64,000 nt of DNA from Candidatus Latescibacterota bacterium (GTDB taxonomy: Bacteria > Latescibacterota > UBA2968 > UBA8231). Of this stretch, positions 8,917 through 18,456 are shown one piece after another. The stretch is taken from contig OY730476.1 in NCBI GenBank assembly GCA_963422735.1, positions 1,184,001-1,248,000 of the forward strand, written 5' to 3'. Below the pieces are notes generated by a model. That model searched no databases and was not told the DNA's origin. It was given only the letters and a program-made list of their open reading frames with translations. The position numbers were made by a program, and so were the translations under genes. Within the stretch, counting starts at the first letter, position 1. Every line of letters starts with the position of its first letter.

Positions 8917-11181
8917 TCACGGGTACGTAGCATAGTGCATGGAAATCCCATAGGAGCGGCCCGGCAGCGGGTAGCCCCACAGATCGGCTACTTGATTGTC
9001 GGTCAGGTTGCGCAACTCCCAAGACAAGAAGATACCCTCGACCAGCGGCACGGTGCCGCCGAGGTTGTACAGGGCGCGAACGGGCACGGCGCGCAGATTG
9101 GCCCGGTCGAGGAAATGCCGGCTTTCGCGGCTGAATTCGCCGTAGATCTCTGCGCTCCTTAGGCCGAGGGAGAGGCGCGTATTGAGCCGATGGCGCGGTG
9201 CATTGGGCAGGTCGTTGCCCTGTTCAAAAGAGAACGGGGTGCGGTTTTCGGCGCGCTGGTACGCGTAATTGCCGCGCAGCGTCAGCCTTGGCAACAACCG
9301 CGCCTCGACCCGCGTTTCTACGCCGCGCAGCAAGGCGCGTCCCATATTGTGGGGCCGCGACACCCGCTGCGAGTTCTGCACAAAGCGAATGAGGTCTTCG
9401 ACGCGGTTGCGATAGTACACGGCCTCGGCCAGAATCAGCCCCACTCCATCGTCGGGACGACGGAAAACCAAGCCCAGATCCCAGTTGTGCCCTTCTTCAC
9501 TAACGAGTTTGGTATTGCCAATCACCGCGCCCCGGTCTCCGAAGAGTTCAAAGAAATTGGGGGCGCGATGATAGCGGCCATTGTGGGCTTTGAAGGCCAA
9601 GCCAGCCCCTAAGTCCAAGGCCGCACCTACTCGATAGCCCCACAGGATTTCGCCGTTATCCCGATTCGGCAATACCGCGCTGGGAGCAAAGTTCTTCCGG
9701 TCGAAAAGGCGATCGTCAAGACCTTCTGCCTGCGTGCCGGCATTGAAGGTCAAGCGATGCCCCAACGACACTTCCACCTCAGTCCCAACGGCTAACGCCC
9801 GGCGACGACTGCGCAAGAGGTGACTATCGGCCCGGAGCAGATCGTCGGGCATAAAAGTTTCGTGCCGAGCCGCGACAAAAGCAGTGAGCAGGGACCGGCC
9901 GGGCAGCAGGGCATTCACTTCGCTGCGCAGGCCCAAGCTTTGGGTGATGTTGCGGTCGTGCTGGCGGCCTAAGCCCACTTCGCCGCGCCGATCCCGGTAC
10001 TCGTCTTTTTCGCGAGAGTGGTACGCTCTGAGTCGGTACCCGGCGCGGCTGTGGCCCAGCGGGCCGAAGAGCACCGCTTCGGCGATATGGCGCCAAGTGT
10101 CGTAGCGGGTGTGCAGTGACTGGTTGTTGCCAATGCCGGGGATGCCTTTGTAGCTCAGGTCAAAGGTGTTGTGGATATGCAAGCGGCTGGCTCCCAAGCT
10201 GCGCCCGATTTTGGCTAGGCTGCGCAAGCTGCGAAAATCGCTGTTGAGCCGTCGCGCCCAACCGTCGTCTTGGGCGTTGTACTCAGTGCCGTTGTCGTCC
10301 CAAAAGCGGAAGTCGTTGCGGCTGGCTCTGTAGTTGACTAAGCCCAAGTACTTCCAGCCTTTATAGGGGCCACTAAGCGAAGCACCCAGTTGGCGGGTGT
10401 CGTACGAACCGGTAGCCGTGTGCAAGCGCGTACGGACTTTGCCACCGAGTGGCTGCGTGCGGATGTGGACGACGCTGCCGAGGCTGTTGCCGCCAAAGTG
10501 CGCCGGCACTGCGCCCCGGTATATATCGACGCTTTCGACGCCGCCGATGGGCAGACCGCCTAGATCGACGCCACCACCCACGGCTTGGTTGAGCGGCACC
10601 CCGTCGAGGAAAACTTGGACCTGTTCGGCCGTAGACCCGCGAATGGAGAGCGTGCTAAAACTGCCCAACCCTCCGTAGCGGCGTATGTTGACGCCGGCAG
10701 CGCGATCTAGGGTTTGGGCTAGGTCCGCGCCGGGAGCGCGCTGGTTGCCCAAGGCGATGGTTTCGACGAAAGAGGCAATATGCTTGCCCTCGGAGTCGCG
10801 GCGGGCGCGGACCACCAACTCGCCCATGAGCAGGGGCAGAGATTGCAGGTGCAACTTGACTGAGGTGGGGGCTACGCCGATTTGGATGTGGTCTTGCAGG
10901 GGCCGGTAGCCCAGCCGTTCCACGCGCAAATCCCAAGTGCCTGTTGCCAGATTTTCGAGACGGAAGGTGCCGGTCGTATCGCTGCGGACGGAACGACCGG
11001 CACCGGAGGGGGCACTCAGCGTCAATACGGCACCGGATACGGGGCGTCCCGCGTCTTGGTCGAGCAATCGGCCCTGTAGAGACCCGGCTAAGAGAGCCTC
11101 GGGATGCAGGGCCAGTAAGAGAGAAACAATAAAAAAGCCCGCCCTCGAATGAGAGCGGGTCTGGGTGCTTGTACTAGGCAC
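8917..11181 (-). CDS. btuB: TonB-dependent cobalamin receptor with N-terminal carboxypeptidase-regulatory-like domain
   Basis: Plug motifs SIRGS, VFLDGVPLN, VDIYRG; C-term NLTD..YPLPGR; first gene after the B12 riboswitch. Confidence 0.85.
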   Translation of the reverse strand: MPSTSTQTRSHSRAGFFIVSLLLALHPEALLAGSLQGRLLDQDAGRPVSGAVLTLSAPSGAGRSVRSDTTGTFRLENLATGTWDLRVERLGYRPLQDHIQIGVAPTSVKLHLQSLPLLMGELVVRARRDSEGKHIASFVETIALGNQRAPGADLAQTLDRAAGVNIRRYGGLGSFSTLSIRGSTAEQVQVFLDGVPLNQAVGGGVDLGGLPIGGVESVDIYRGAVPAHFGGNSLGSVVHIRTQPLGGKVRTRLHTATGSYDTRQLGASLSGPYKGWKYLGLVNYRASRNDFRFWDDNGTEYNAQDDGWARRLNSDFRSLRSLAKIGRSLGASRLHIHNTFDLSYKGIPGIGNNQSLHTRYDTWRHIAEAVLFGPLGHSRAGYRLRAYHSREKDEYRDRRGEVGLGRQHDRNITQSLGLRSEVNALLPGRSLLTAFVAARHETFMPDDLLRADSHLLRSRRRALAVGTEVEVSLGHRLTFNAGTQAEGLDDRLFDRKNFAPSAVLPNRDNGEILWGYRVGAALDLGAGLAFKAHNGRYHRAPNFFELFGDRGAVIGNTKLVSEEGHNWDLGLVFRRPDDGVGLILAEAVYYRNRVEDLIRFVQNSQRVSRPHNMGRALLRGVETRVEARLLPRLTLRGNYAYQRAENRTPFSFEQGNDLPNAPRHRLNTRLSLGLRSAEIYGEFSRESRHFLDRANLRAVPVRALYNLGGTVPLVEGIFLSWELRNLTDNQVADLWGYPLPGRSYGISMHYATYP

Positions 11182-11228
11182 CGGTGGACCAGCCTTTCTG
11201 CCGAAGGGTGTCGTTCACCTCGGTCGCA

Positions 11229-11395
11229 GGCAGGTCTCCTGACTTCCGGTTAAACGCCCTCGGCACCTTCCCAATTCGCTGCGGAATCAGTGGATACGCC
11301 AAGGACGAACCGATCACAGTGGCGGGACCGCGGCAGATTTACACTGCCTTCCCTATTCTCCCAACTGCCGTGCGGCAGCGGGCACCTGCGCCGTT
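11229..11395 (-). promoter_or_regulatory. Cobalamin riboswitch
   Basis: Minus strand: AGGTGCCC..AATAGGGAAGGCAGTGTAAATCTGCCGCGGTCCCGCCACTGTGA..CCACTG..GGGAAGG..AAGTCAGGAGACCTGCC (B12 box); upstream of btuB. Confidence 0.95.
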
Positions 11396-11425
11396 ATTTG
11401 ATGGGCTATTAAAAGGGCTGCGTTA

Positions 11426-11597
11426 GAATCTGTCAAGGGCGCGGCTCACGTCGCCTGCTGCTTCTCGATCCCGCAACAGCTAGGCCGGGGTGAGAATCGC
11501 CGCGGAAGTGGGCACCTAGGGGCTCCCCAATGGGCATCCTTCCGCATCGGCGTTTATCGGCGAATACTTTTGCCGCCGGGGGTTTTAAGACAGCCTC
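11426..11597. mobile_element. Possible MITE-like element
   Basis: Imperfect terminal IR GAATCTGTC / GACAGCCTC flanked by TTA and TAA; no convincing ORF. Confidence 0.3.
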
Positions 11598-11659
11598 TAA
11601 CGCTAGTGAAAGGTCGTACCTCTCCAATGCCCCGCTCAGCCGGTAAAAGTGGAACTCAA

Positions 11660-11835
11660 GCAATTCTTCCCCGAATCGAATTCTCCGTTCTGCAACTCCT
11701 CTAGAACGGCACTGATCGTGACAATCTCGTAGTCATGGCGATGCCTATCCCACCATCGTCGAGTCCAACTACATCGTGCGGTAGTCTCCGAGTCATCCCA
11801 GGTGTCGCAATATACACTGGGAATTGTCATCTCAA
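11660..11835 (-). pseudogene. PIN-domain toxin N-terminal remnant
   Basis: LEMTIPSVY..TRRWWDRHRHDYEIVTISAVLEELQNG resembles the E(T)TIPS..T..WW...VL.EL start of a PIN subfamily; truncated. Confidence 0.55.
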
Positions 11836-12019
11836 GACACGCTCGTCCGCTCACTGTAATCTTCCTGTATCCACGCACTGTGCTCGTCGCGTCCATGGCG
11901 TGGTCAATGCCTAGGCAGTTCGCGCTGTTCGACGATTTCGCCGAACAGCCCCTACCACCGACGGCAAGTCTTCCCTCTGGCCCAACGCTATAACAAAGAG
12001 GTTGGATGACAGAGCACCG

Positions 12020-12676
12020 CTAATCCCTCAGTAGAATGTTCTGCTCCTTCAGGCTCTGGATTAATTGGCTAAATTTAGGCACCAATCGGATCACGATACG
12101 TCGATTAGGGGACTGTTCACCCTTTGTTCCGGTTAGGACAACCAGCTCCCGCTCACCTAAGCCAACTGGGACGATATCGAAATTTTCCCAAGTGAAGCCG
12201 ACCTGCTCCCAATAGTCCACTACAGTTTGAGATCTTTTCAGGGATAGGCTGCGATTGTATTCCCTCTCGCCGTAACTGTCGGTGTGGCCCTCTACCATAA
12301 TACTGAACAATCTACTGTCTTTTTTTTCAATAAACTGTTTTAATTTTTGACCCATTCGTCTAAGCCGATTTTGCCCTTCGACGGGAATATCATCCAGATC
12401 AGATTCATCAAAAGAGAACAAGATATCACTGCGCATCACAATAGTACCCTCTTCCACGACGACGTCTTCCCCCTCCATAAACTCCTCTAATTCATCGAGA
12501 TCTTTCTCTATTTTACCCACCAATTCTTCCAGCGTCCGCAGACGGCTCAGATCCACATAATTCTTGATCACCATCACAACGAGAAAAAAAGTGACGCAAA
12601 TGAAAATAGCCGTGATTGCATCCGTGAAAGAAGGCCAGAAATTGAGCCCACTATGACTACTGCGATTCCTTTTCAT
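12020..12676 (-). CDS. ZorB/MotB-like protein (single TM with conserved Asp + OmpA-like peptidoglycan-binding domain)
   Basis: FWPSFTDAITAIF TM; ILFSFDES, VEGHTDS, NRSLSLKRS, NRRIVI. Confidence 0.88.
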   Translation of the reverse strand: MKRNRSSHSGLNFWPSFTDAITAIFICVTFFLVVMVIKNYVDLSRLRTLEELVGKIEKDLDELEEFMEGEDVVVEEGTIVMRSDILFSFDESDLDDIPVEGQNRLRRMGQKLKQFIEKKDSRLFSIMVEGHTDSYGEREYNRSLSLKRSQTVVDYWEQVGFTWENFDIVPVGLGERELVVLTGTKGEQSPNRRIVIRLVPKFSQLIQSLKEQNILLRD

Positions 12677-12715
12677 CTAGGGCTGCTTTCCCAAGCATTC
12701 AGCCGGTGGGCCTGA

Positions 12716-14353
12716 CTATTCCTTGCTATCTTTCTTAAATAATCGACGGATCCAACCCCAATTTCTTCGCGGTCGTACGGTTATAACTTGCGGCGATTTC
12801 GCTATGCCGTCTAACTGTTTTTCTATAGCCTGCGCCGTCGCATGCATGTCTTCGAGTTGGGGGATTACCTGATCTATAGCCTTCAGTACTTGGAGATCCT
12901 CGTCCGCTTTTTTAAACCCTTGGTTGATGGCTCCTACCATTTGATCTAGCTGGTTCTGCAACGTTCCTGTCGCTTTGCTCAATCCCTGCAGATCTTGGCG
13001 GAGTCTTTCCAATTCATCTTGTAAGGGTTTCTTGGCCCGTTCAAACGCCTCTCCTTGCTCGTTGAGCGTCTTCTTCTGAAGTTCGAGTAAGGCATCTTGG
13101 CTCTCCCTGACAGCTATGAGCAGGGTCTGGATGTTCACGAAATTGGGACGATAATCTGTGTTATTCAATCCTCTTATCGTATCCAGAGTCTCGGCTAGGC
13201 CATCTCCTAGGGTCTCCATTCGCGTCTCAAATGACTTAGATTGTCTGTCCATCCGATCATCAAAGGCTTGAAACTGTCGGGCCATCAAGTGCTCGCTCTC
13301 CTTGAGCATAGTATCGACGCTGCTCTTGAGCGCATTCAGAGGCTCGCTTAGCCGCTCAAAGTTCTCGATGTGTCGAGAAAACTCTATAGCCGCTCTCATT
13401 ATTTCTTTCGCCCCCGTAGCTACCGTACCCTTGTGCTGCTCAAAAATCTCCGCGCTCTTCAGACTGGCCTCGCTACTTTCCTTGAGCTTCGTGCCGCTCT
13501 CTTCTATAAGTGAGACCATGCGGGCGTTACTATCGACAATTTCCTTGAGTCTTTTGTCTAAGTATTCGGAAAGAGTAGTGAAATACTTATCGTATAGGTC
13601 GTTTACTGTTCGAGTAAAGACGCGACTTAAACGCAACTGAGGCGGGATCACCGCAAACTTGGGAGCGATCTTCGCGTTGAAGCACTCTTCCAGATTTGCC
13701 AACAATCTGTTCCTACTACGAAGTAGTAAGCTATACGGAGCATTGAGTATTAGAGAAAAAGAAAGTCCTAAAAAACTGGTAATGAACGCCAGCGGCATCC
13801 CGCTTACGGACTGTCCTAATCCTGTTAGGATGGTATTAAATACATCCTCTATTTTTACATCTTGACTCGACGTCGGTGAAATCTGCGCTCCTTGGATAAT
13901 ACCTGGGATAGGTATGACCACGATTATTAATCCAACGAACGTGCCTAGCAGGCCCAATAGAATAAGGCTACTGGTAAGTGTGCGGAATGCTTCGTCGTGT
14001 CGGGCGAGTTCATGTTCGATAGAGCCGATAAGACTATCTACATCTGGAGCTTTATTTTGTCGGTATAAGGCTTCAAAATGTTTGAGCCAACGGACGGCCA
14101 AGGGATGCCGGGCACCCCTAATAACACTTTCGGGAGCCTGCTCTGTCTTTTCCTCTATATTGAAATCAGGATTGCTTCTCTCCCATCTCTCCATCGTACG
14201 CAATCCGTTGCGATATTGCCGCGTTTTTATGCACCCTCGGACAAATAGGACAAATGCATATAGGCCGACCAAGATAATGAGAACGACAAAAATTTCCCGA
14301 ACCTGATCGCTGTTTTGGGCTAAGAATTCTAAAAGGAGATCTAAATAAGGCAT
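12716..14353 (-). CDS. ZorA/MotA-TolQ-ExbB-like channel subunit with long helical C-terminal tail
   Basis: Three TM segments; LGLLGTFVG and AFITSFLGL channel motifs; about 300 aa coiled-coil-like tail. Confidence 0.82.
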   Translation of the reverse strand: MPYLDLLLEFLAQNSDQVREIFVVLIILVGLYAFVLFVRGCIKTRQYRNGLRTMERWERSNPDFNIEEKTEQAPESVIRGARHPLAVRWLKHFEALYRQNKAPDVDSLIGSIEHELARHDEAFRTLTSSLILLGLLGTFVGLIIVVIPIPGIIQGAQISPTSSQDVKIEDVFNTILTGLGQSVSGMPLAFITSFLGLSFSLILNAPYSLLLRSRNRLLANLEECFNAKIAPKFAVIPPQLRLSRVFTRTVNDLYDKYFTTLSEYLDKRLKEIVDSNARMVSLIEESGTKLKESSEASLKSAEIFEQHKGTVATGAKEIMRAAIEFSRHIENFERLSEPLNALKSSVDTMLKESEHLMARQFQAFDDRMDRQSKSFETRMETLGDGLAETLDTIRGLNNTDYRPNFVNIQTLLIAVRESQDALLELQKKTLNEQGEAFERAKKPLQDELERLRQDLQGLSKATGTLQNQLDQMVGAINQGFKKADEDLQVLKAIDQVIPQLEDMHATAQAIEKQLDGIAKSPQVITVRPRRNWGWIRRLFKKDSKE

Positions 14354-14381
14354 GGAGGGACTCTACCGTACAAGATTTTGT

Positions 14382-15332
14382 TCATTTCGCTAGTAAGATT
14401 CCGGCCTTGACAATTACCTCAGTTCCCCGACGTAATCCAGGTGTAACAAATCGAATCACGTGACCGCGGTCGACCTGAGAATCTTCTCGCTCATCGGAAA
14501 TTTGGTGATCTTCTGGCGAGTATTTGTCCCCTTGCTTTGGCCAAATCAACTCAAGGTCGCGTTCTTGGGCAAACCTTTCCAACTTTGCGGGTTTCTGTTC
14601 TAGCGATTTTTTTTTGCCATCCAACTGTTCGATTAAACCGATCAGTGCAGAATCCCACGGGCTGCTACGACTGTCTATCTTAGCTTGGATCGTCGTCCAT
14701 TGATCTTTGAGAGCCGATCCCTCCGATATAAAAGAGACAAGATCCAATTTATTCACTGCCTCTTTGATCTTTTTAATGTCCTCGTCAATGGTCTCGGCAT
14801 ACTGTATCGACGGCATACTCTCTTCAGGTTCTAGTGGAAGTTCGTCGAGCATTTCTCGGAAACGATCTCGGGTATTTGTAATCTTTGAGTATCTTTTGTT
14901 CCATTCTTCGTCAGCATCCCGTACTTCTTCTTGGAACGATTTTAGTCCCTTTTCCACATCGGCCTCTAGCTTTCGTAGCTCTTGAAATTTGGCGTTGGTA
15001 GGGATAGATTGACAGAGATCTACGTAATCGTCGTGGGACGCTTGTATATTGTCGTGGAACTTTGTCAGCTTTTTTCTGAAGTTACTCAAATCGTCCAAAA
15101 ATACGCCAACTTTCTTCACAAAGCTCTCTTCCGCTCCATCGAAGCCCTTGGCTACATCGAGGATATCCGAGAAGACGAGATCGCCAAGACCGCCTTTGTG
15201 TAGTTCTTCGCGGATCTGTCTTGTCTTGGAGACGATTTCCTGCAGAGCTTGGAGATCTTTCTCCCAGTGGGCAACTTCGTTGTCTAGAGCGTCAACCTTT
15301 TGTTGGAATTCTTCCATAGATATCCTATCCAT
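14382..15332 (-). CDS. Coiled-coil protein with C-terminal GrpE-like beta domain
   Basis: Heptad-rich N-terminal 250 aa; C-term GDKYSPEDHQ..GHVIRFVTPGL..VIVKAGILL resembles the GrpE head; follows an Hsp70 gene. Confidence 0.7.
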   Translation of the reverse strand: MDRISMEEFQQKVDALDNEVAHWEKDLQALQEIVSKTRQIREELHKGGLGDLVFSDILDVAKGFDGAEESFVKKVGVFLDDLSNFRKKLTKFHDNIQASHDDYVDLCQSIPTNAKFQELRKLEADVEKGLKSFQEEVRDADEEWNKRYSKITNTRDRFREMLDELPLEPEESMPSIQYAETIDEDIKKIKEAVNKLDLVSFISEGSALKDQWTTIQAKIDSRSSPWDSALIGLIEQLDGKKKSLEQKPAKLERFAQERDLELIWPKQGDKYSPEDHQISDEREDSQVDRGHVIRFVTPGLRRGTEVIVKAGILLAK

Positions 15333-15396
15333 TTTAATCTTTTGCTAGTCTTTATTTTTTAACGTCTTCATTGTTAGGTACATTGCTACAAAACAT

Positions 15397-18300
15397 TCAA
15401 CTATAGTTAAAGTCCTCGCATTTCAAGTATTCATCATAGATTTCTTCAAAATCACTTCCATCCTTTTCTTTTCCTATCGCGAAGTTGTAATAGAGCCGAC
15501 CGAGATTGCTTTCGTCGACTCGAAGCTCGAGCTTGTACTGCCAATACGCGGCTTGCTTAAAAGCTCTGTTCTCTAGCGGCATGGGAATATCCGCTGCTTT
15601 CTGCCGATCTGCTTTCCGATTTTTGTAGTTCCAATCGAAGAATTCGTACAGTAAGATACTACGAATCTTACGATCATTAGGAGAAACCCTGCTCGCATAG
15701 CGATGTACCTCTCCCTTATCTAGGGAAATCCAACGGTCGAAAATGGGGCTGAAGCCTCGCATTGGATTGTAGGAACCTATCGGATAATTTAGCTTGTGTA
15801 TCCCGAAGACTCGAAGTCTGAACTCTGGATCGCGTTGAGACATGCTGTAAATAGCCGCTCCCGAAGCCACGCTCGCCTTCAGGCCATTATTGGAACCTGA
15901 AAGAGTAGAGTCCGAAAACTCTTTAGCCTGTATCATCTCCCGGGCGACTTCTTTCACAATCGGCAATTTGGACGAATTGCCGGCCAAGATCAGGTGGTCT
16001 AGCCGGAATTCCGATATAATCTCCCGCTTGAAAAGTTCCTGCTGCATCATAGCTAGTTTTTTGAAGCCCCATTCCAATTCTCGGCTGAGCACAGAGCGAA
16101 TAGCTTGGTAATCCATAGAGCTAAGTTCCTCCGGCAAGGCGTCGCCGTTGATGCTGCGCTTTAAGCCCTCCGTGACTTGAAATACATCGCGCTCTTCCCG
16201 GCTAACTAACTCAATCTTGGGCCAATTCATTTTCTCGTCGCTAGCTAGCAGGTCCAACAATCCCTTATCTTTTGTCTGGATCAGTTCCTCGTAGCGGTCC
16301 TGGGAAAAACATTGGTCGAACAACTGGTATGTCTTGCTGTTTGTCTTAATCTCCTCAGCTAACCGATAGAGACACAGAAAGTTCCTTTTCACGATACGAT
16401 CTTGGGTGCGTAAGCCATCGCGAAGATCTTTTGCAAAGGGATAGCGACTGCGGTACTGTTCAGGGACGAGTTGCTCGTAGAAATATTTAGCCAAGTGAAA
16501 CGTCAGCAGGTTTCCTCCCAGCCGATTGTCACCATCGGAACCGAGAATTTCCACTTGCGCTTCATCATTATCCATAGTGTAACGTACGATGGACATATCG
16601 GTCGTTCCCCCACCACAGTCGAATACCCCAATTATCTGTTCATCCATATCATCATTATCAAGCTGCTTCCACACATAATACACCGCTATAGCTTCAGGTT
16701 CACTAATGGCTAGGTCAAACTTAATGTCGCGATCCTGCAGAGCCTTTTCGGCCGCATCCCGCAGAGCCTGTTTTTGGCGATTGAATACTGCCGGATAAGT
16801 CAGCACGCCCTCTTCGGGCAAATACCCGAATTCTCCAATGAAGTGCTCTACCATAAACCGGAGATAAATAGCTACTTGGTCAACCGGAGTCAGGCTGATA
16901 TGCCGCCTATTGATAGGGGGATGCCCGTTGATCAAGATGCCTTCCGACATCCCGGTAGAAATATAGATATTCTGATCGTCGGGTTGACTGAGAGCATATT
17001 TGAAATTCCAGCAGATACTGCTCATAGAATGAAGGTCGTTCATCTGCTGAAATGGCTGACGCCCAAAGCGCATGATGGCTTCCTCGCTCTCGGTCGCCAC
17101 TAAGTGATGCTCGTTAGGCTCCAGAGGTTTGGAAAGTTCCAAACGTTCCGTTTTCTTATTTGTTGTCAGAAGCTGAAAGACAGTAGGCACTTCGACACGA
17201 GGTTCATTGGTTTCAAATGCTGCCAAGCGAGGCATTGTTTCTTCATCTTCAACAACATAGGCCAAGCAAGAATTGGTCGTCCCAAAATCGATACCAATAG
17301 GATAATCTAACGGTTTGGGAGGAATTACTTCGACAGAGAGTGAATACCTATCTTCGAACGCCGGGGCTTCCGCTCCTCTAGCCTCCCCCTTGACGATGAT
17401 CTCGGGTTTAAAATACTTTGATTCTGTTACCCAAGGGATTTCGATAGTCTTTATTTGCAACTGGAGATCCAGCACACTCTCCTCATCAGCTCCCGCCGTT
17501 GAAATCTGAGGGTTAAGGATGACCGGTGCCTTCTTGGTGTCAATGACCTGCAGCCAAGGCGTATCGCTGGTCACGCTATTTATGCGTAGTGGTTCGCCCC
17601 GTAAGTGCGTAATGGTGGCACTCACCTCTTTCTGTCTTCGACTTCCGCTTATAAGTGCCGTATCGCCGGATAAACCCAGCGGATTGAAATCCACCTTGAG
17701 CACCGGCTGACGAGTGTACTTTAGATTGAGATGAAAATCGATATCACCTCTGTTCTGGATGGGAAAAACGAGATGTACAGGATGCCCTTCTTCAGACAGA
17801 GGCTGATTTTGGGTGAGCCTTACCGAAAAGGCTTTGTCTGGACCCAAGCGGAAGGGGTAGCTTGCCTCCGCTGGCACCATATCCACCACCTGCTCTCCCT
17901 TGGCCAGCCGGGGAGGCTTTTCCAAAACCACTTCGCTTGCGGCATAAAGGGCCAGATCGTGCCTTTGAGCTTCCTGATTTACCGGCCACACCTGTGCGCC
18001 GTCAGTGCCTTGGTCAAACTCCCGCCCCTGCTCGTCAGTCAGCCAGATTCGGGGAGCCTTTTGGACCCGGTAACGAAATGAAATCGGTGGCAGCGTGGAG
18101 TGCAGGATCAACCGTCCCCGTTGGCCGAGACGCCCGGTATGTAGCCGGCGTATTTCTATTTTTTCTTTTGGAGCCAAAGAAACGGGCCAATCCGCTTCCG
18201 AAACCCATTCTCCCCATTCCACTCCATCGAGACGTTCCAGTTCCACGGGTATCTTCCCGGTATTCTCAAACCGCATGATGACTGGATAGCCTTCAAAGAG

Positions 18301-18456
18301 CGTCAATAGCTCATTGGGCTTGGGAAATACCTCTAGATGGGCGAGTTGAGTCCCGCAACTGCTGCAAAAGATGCTTCCCCTCCCATAAGGCCACTGACAA
18401 ACAGGACAAGCACCCATCGCCTTATCGGCCCGCTCTTGGCTCACTTCCCTAAGCAT
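15397..18456 (-). CDS. Atypical Hsp70-family ATPase with N-terminal Zn ribbon and Ig-like domains
   Basis: CPVC..FCSSCG; IGIDFGTTNS, TYPAVF, ISEPEAIA, FDCGGGTTD, LGGN, LAGNSSKLP; no canonical DnaK substrate-binding domain. Confidence 0.88.
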   Translation of the reverse strand: MLREVSQERADKAMGACPVCQWPYGRGSIFCSSCGTQLAHLEVFPKPNELLTLFEGYPVIMRFENTGKIPVELERLDGVEWGEWVSEADWPVSLAPKEKIEIRRLHTGRLGQRGRLILHSTLPPISFRYRVQKAPRIWLTDEQGREFDQGTDGAQVWPVNQEAQRHDLALYAASEVVLEKPPRLAKGEQVVDMVPAEASYPFRLGPDKAFSVRLTQNQPLSEEGHPVHLVFPIQNRGDIDFHLNLKYTRQPVLKVDFNPLGLSGDTALISGSRRQKEVSATITHLRGEPLRINSVTSDTPWLQVIDTKKAPVILNPQISTAGADEESVLDLQLQIKTIEIPWVTESKYFKPEIIVKGEARGAEAPAFEDRYSLSVEVIPPKPLDYPIGIDFGTTNSCLAYVVEDEETMPRLAAFETNEPRVEVPTVFQLLTTNKKTERLELSKPLEPNEHHLVATESEEAIMRFGRQPFQQMNDLHSMSSICWNFKYALSQPDDQNIYISTGMSEGILINGHPPINRRHISLTPVDQVAIYLRFMVEHFIGEFGYLPEEGVLTYPAVFNRQKQALRDAAEKALQDRDIKFDLAISEPEAIAVYYVWKQLDNDDMDEQIIGVFDCGGGTTDMSIVRYTMDNDEAQVEILGSDGDNRLGGNLLTFHLAKYFYEQLVPEQYRSRYPFAKDLRDGLRTQDRIVKRNFLCLYRLAEEIKTNSKTYQLFDQCFSQDRYEELIQTKDKGLLDLLASDEKMNWPKIELVSREERDVFQVTEGLKRSINGDALPEELSSMDYQAIRSVLSRELEWGFKKLAMMQQELFKREIISEFRLDHLILAGNSSKLPIVKEVAREMIQAKEFSDSTLSGSNNGLKASVASGAAIYSMSQRDPEFRLRVFGIHKLNYPIGSYNPMRGFSPIFDRWISLDKGEVHRYASRVSPNDRKIRSILLYEFFDWNYKNRKADRQKAADIPMPLENRAFKQAAYWQYKLELRVDESNLGRLYYNFAIGKEKDGSDFEEIYDEYLKCEDFNYS

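Noticed and set aside
12020-14353. Flagellar motAB or exbBD/tolQR
   Set aside because: Long ZorA-like tail; no flagellar, tonB or tol genes alongside; transcribed with the tubulin operon, not the btu operon
15397-18456. Housekeeping dnaK
   Set aside because: Large N-terminal extension, no canonical substrate-binding domain, no dnaJ or hrcA
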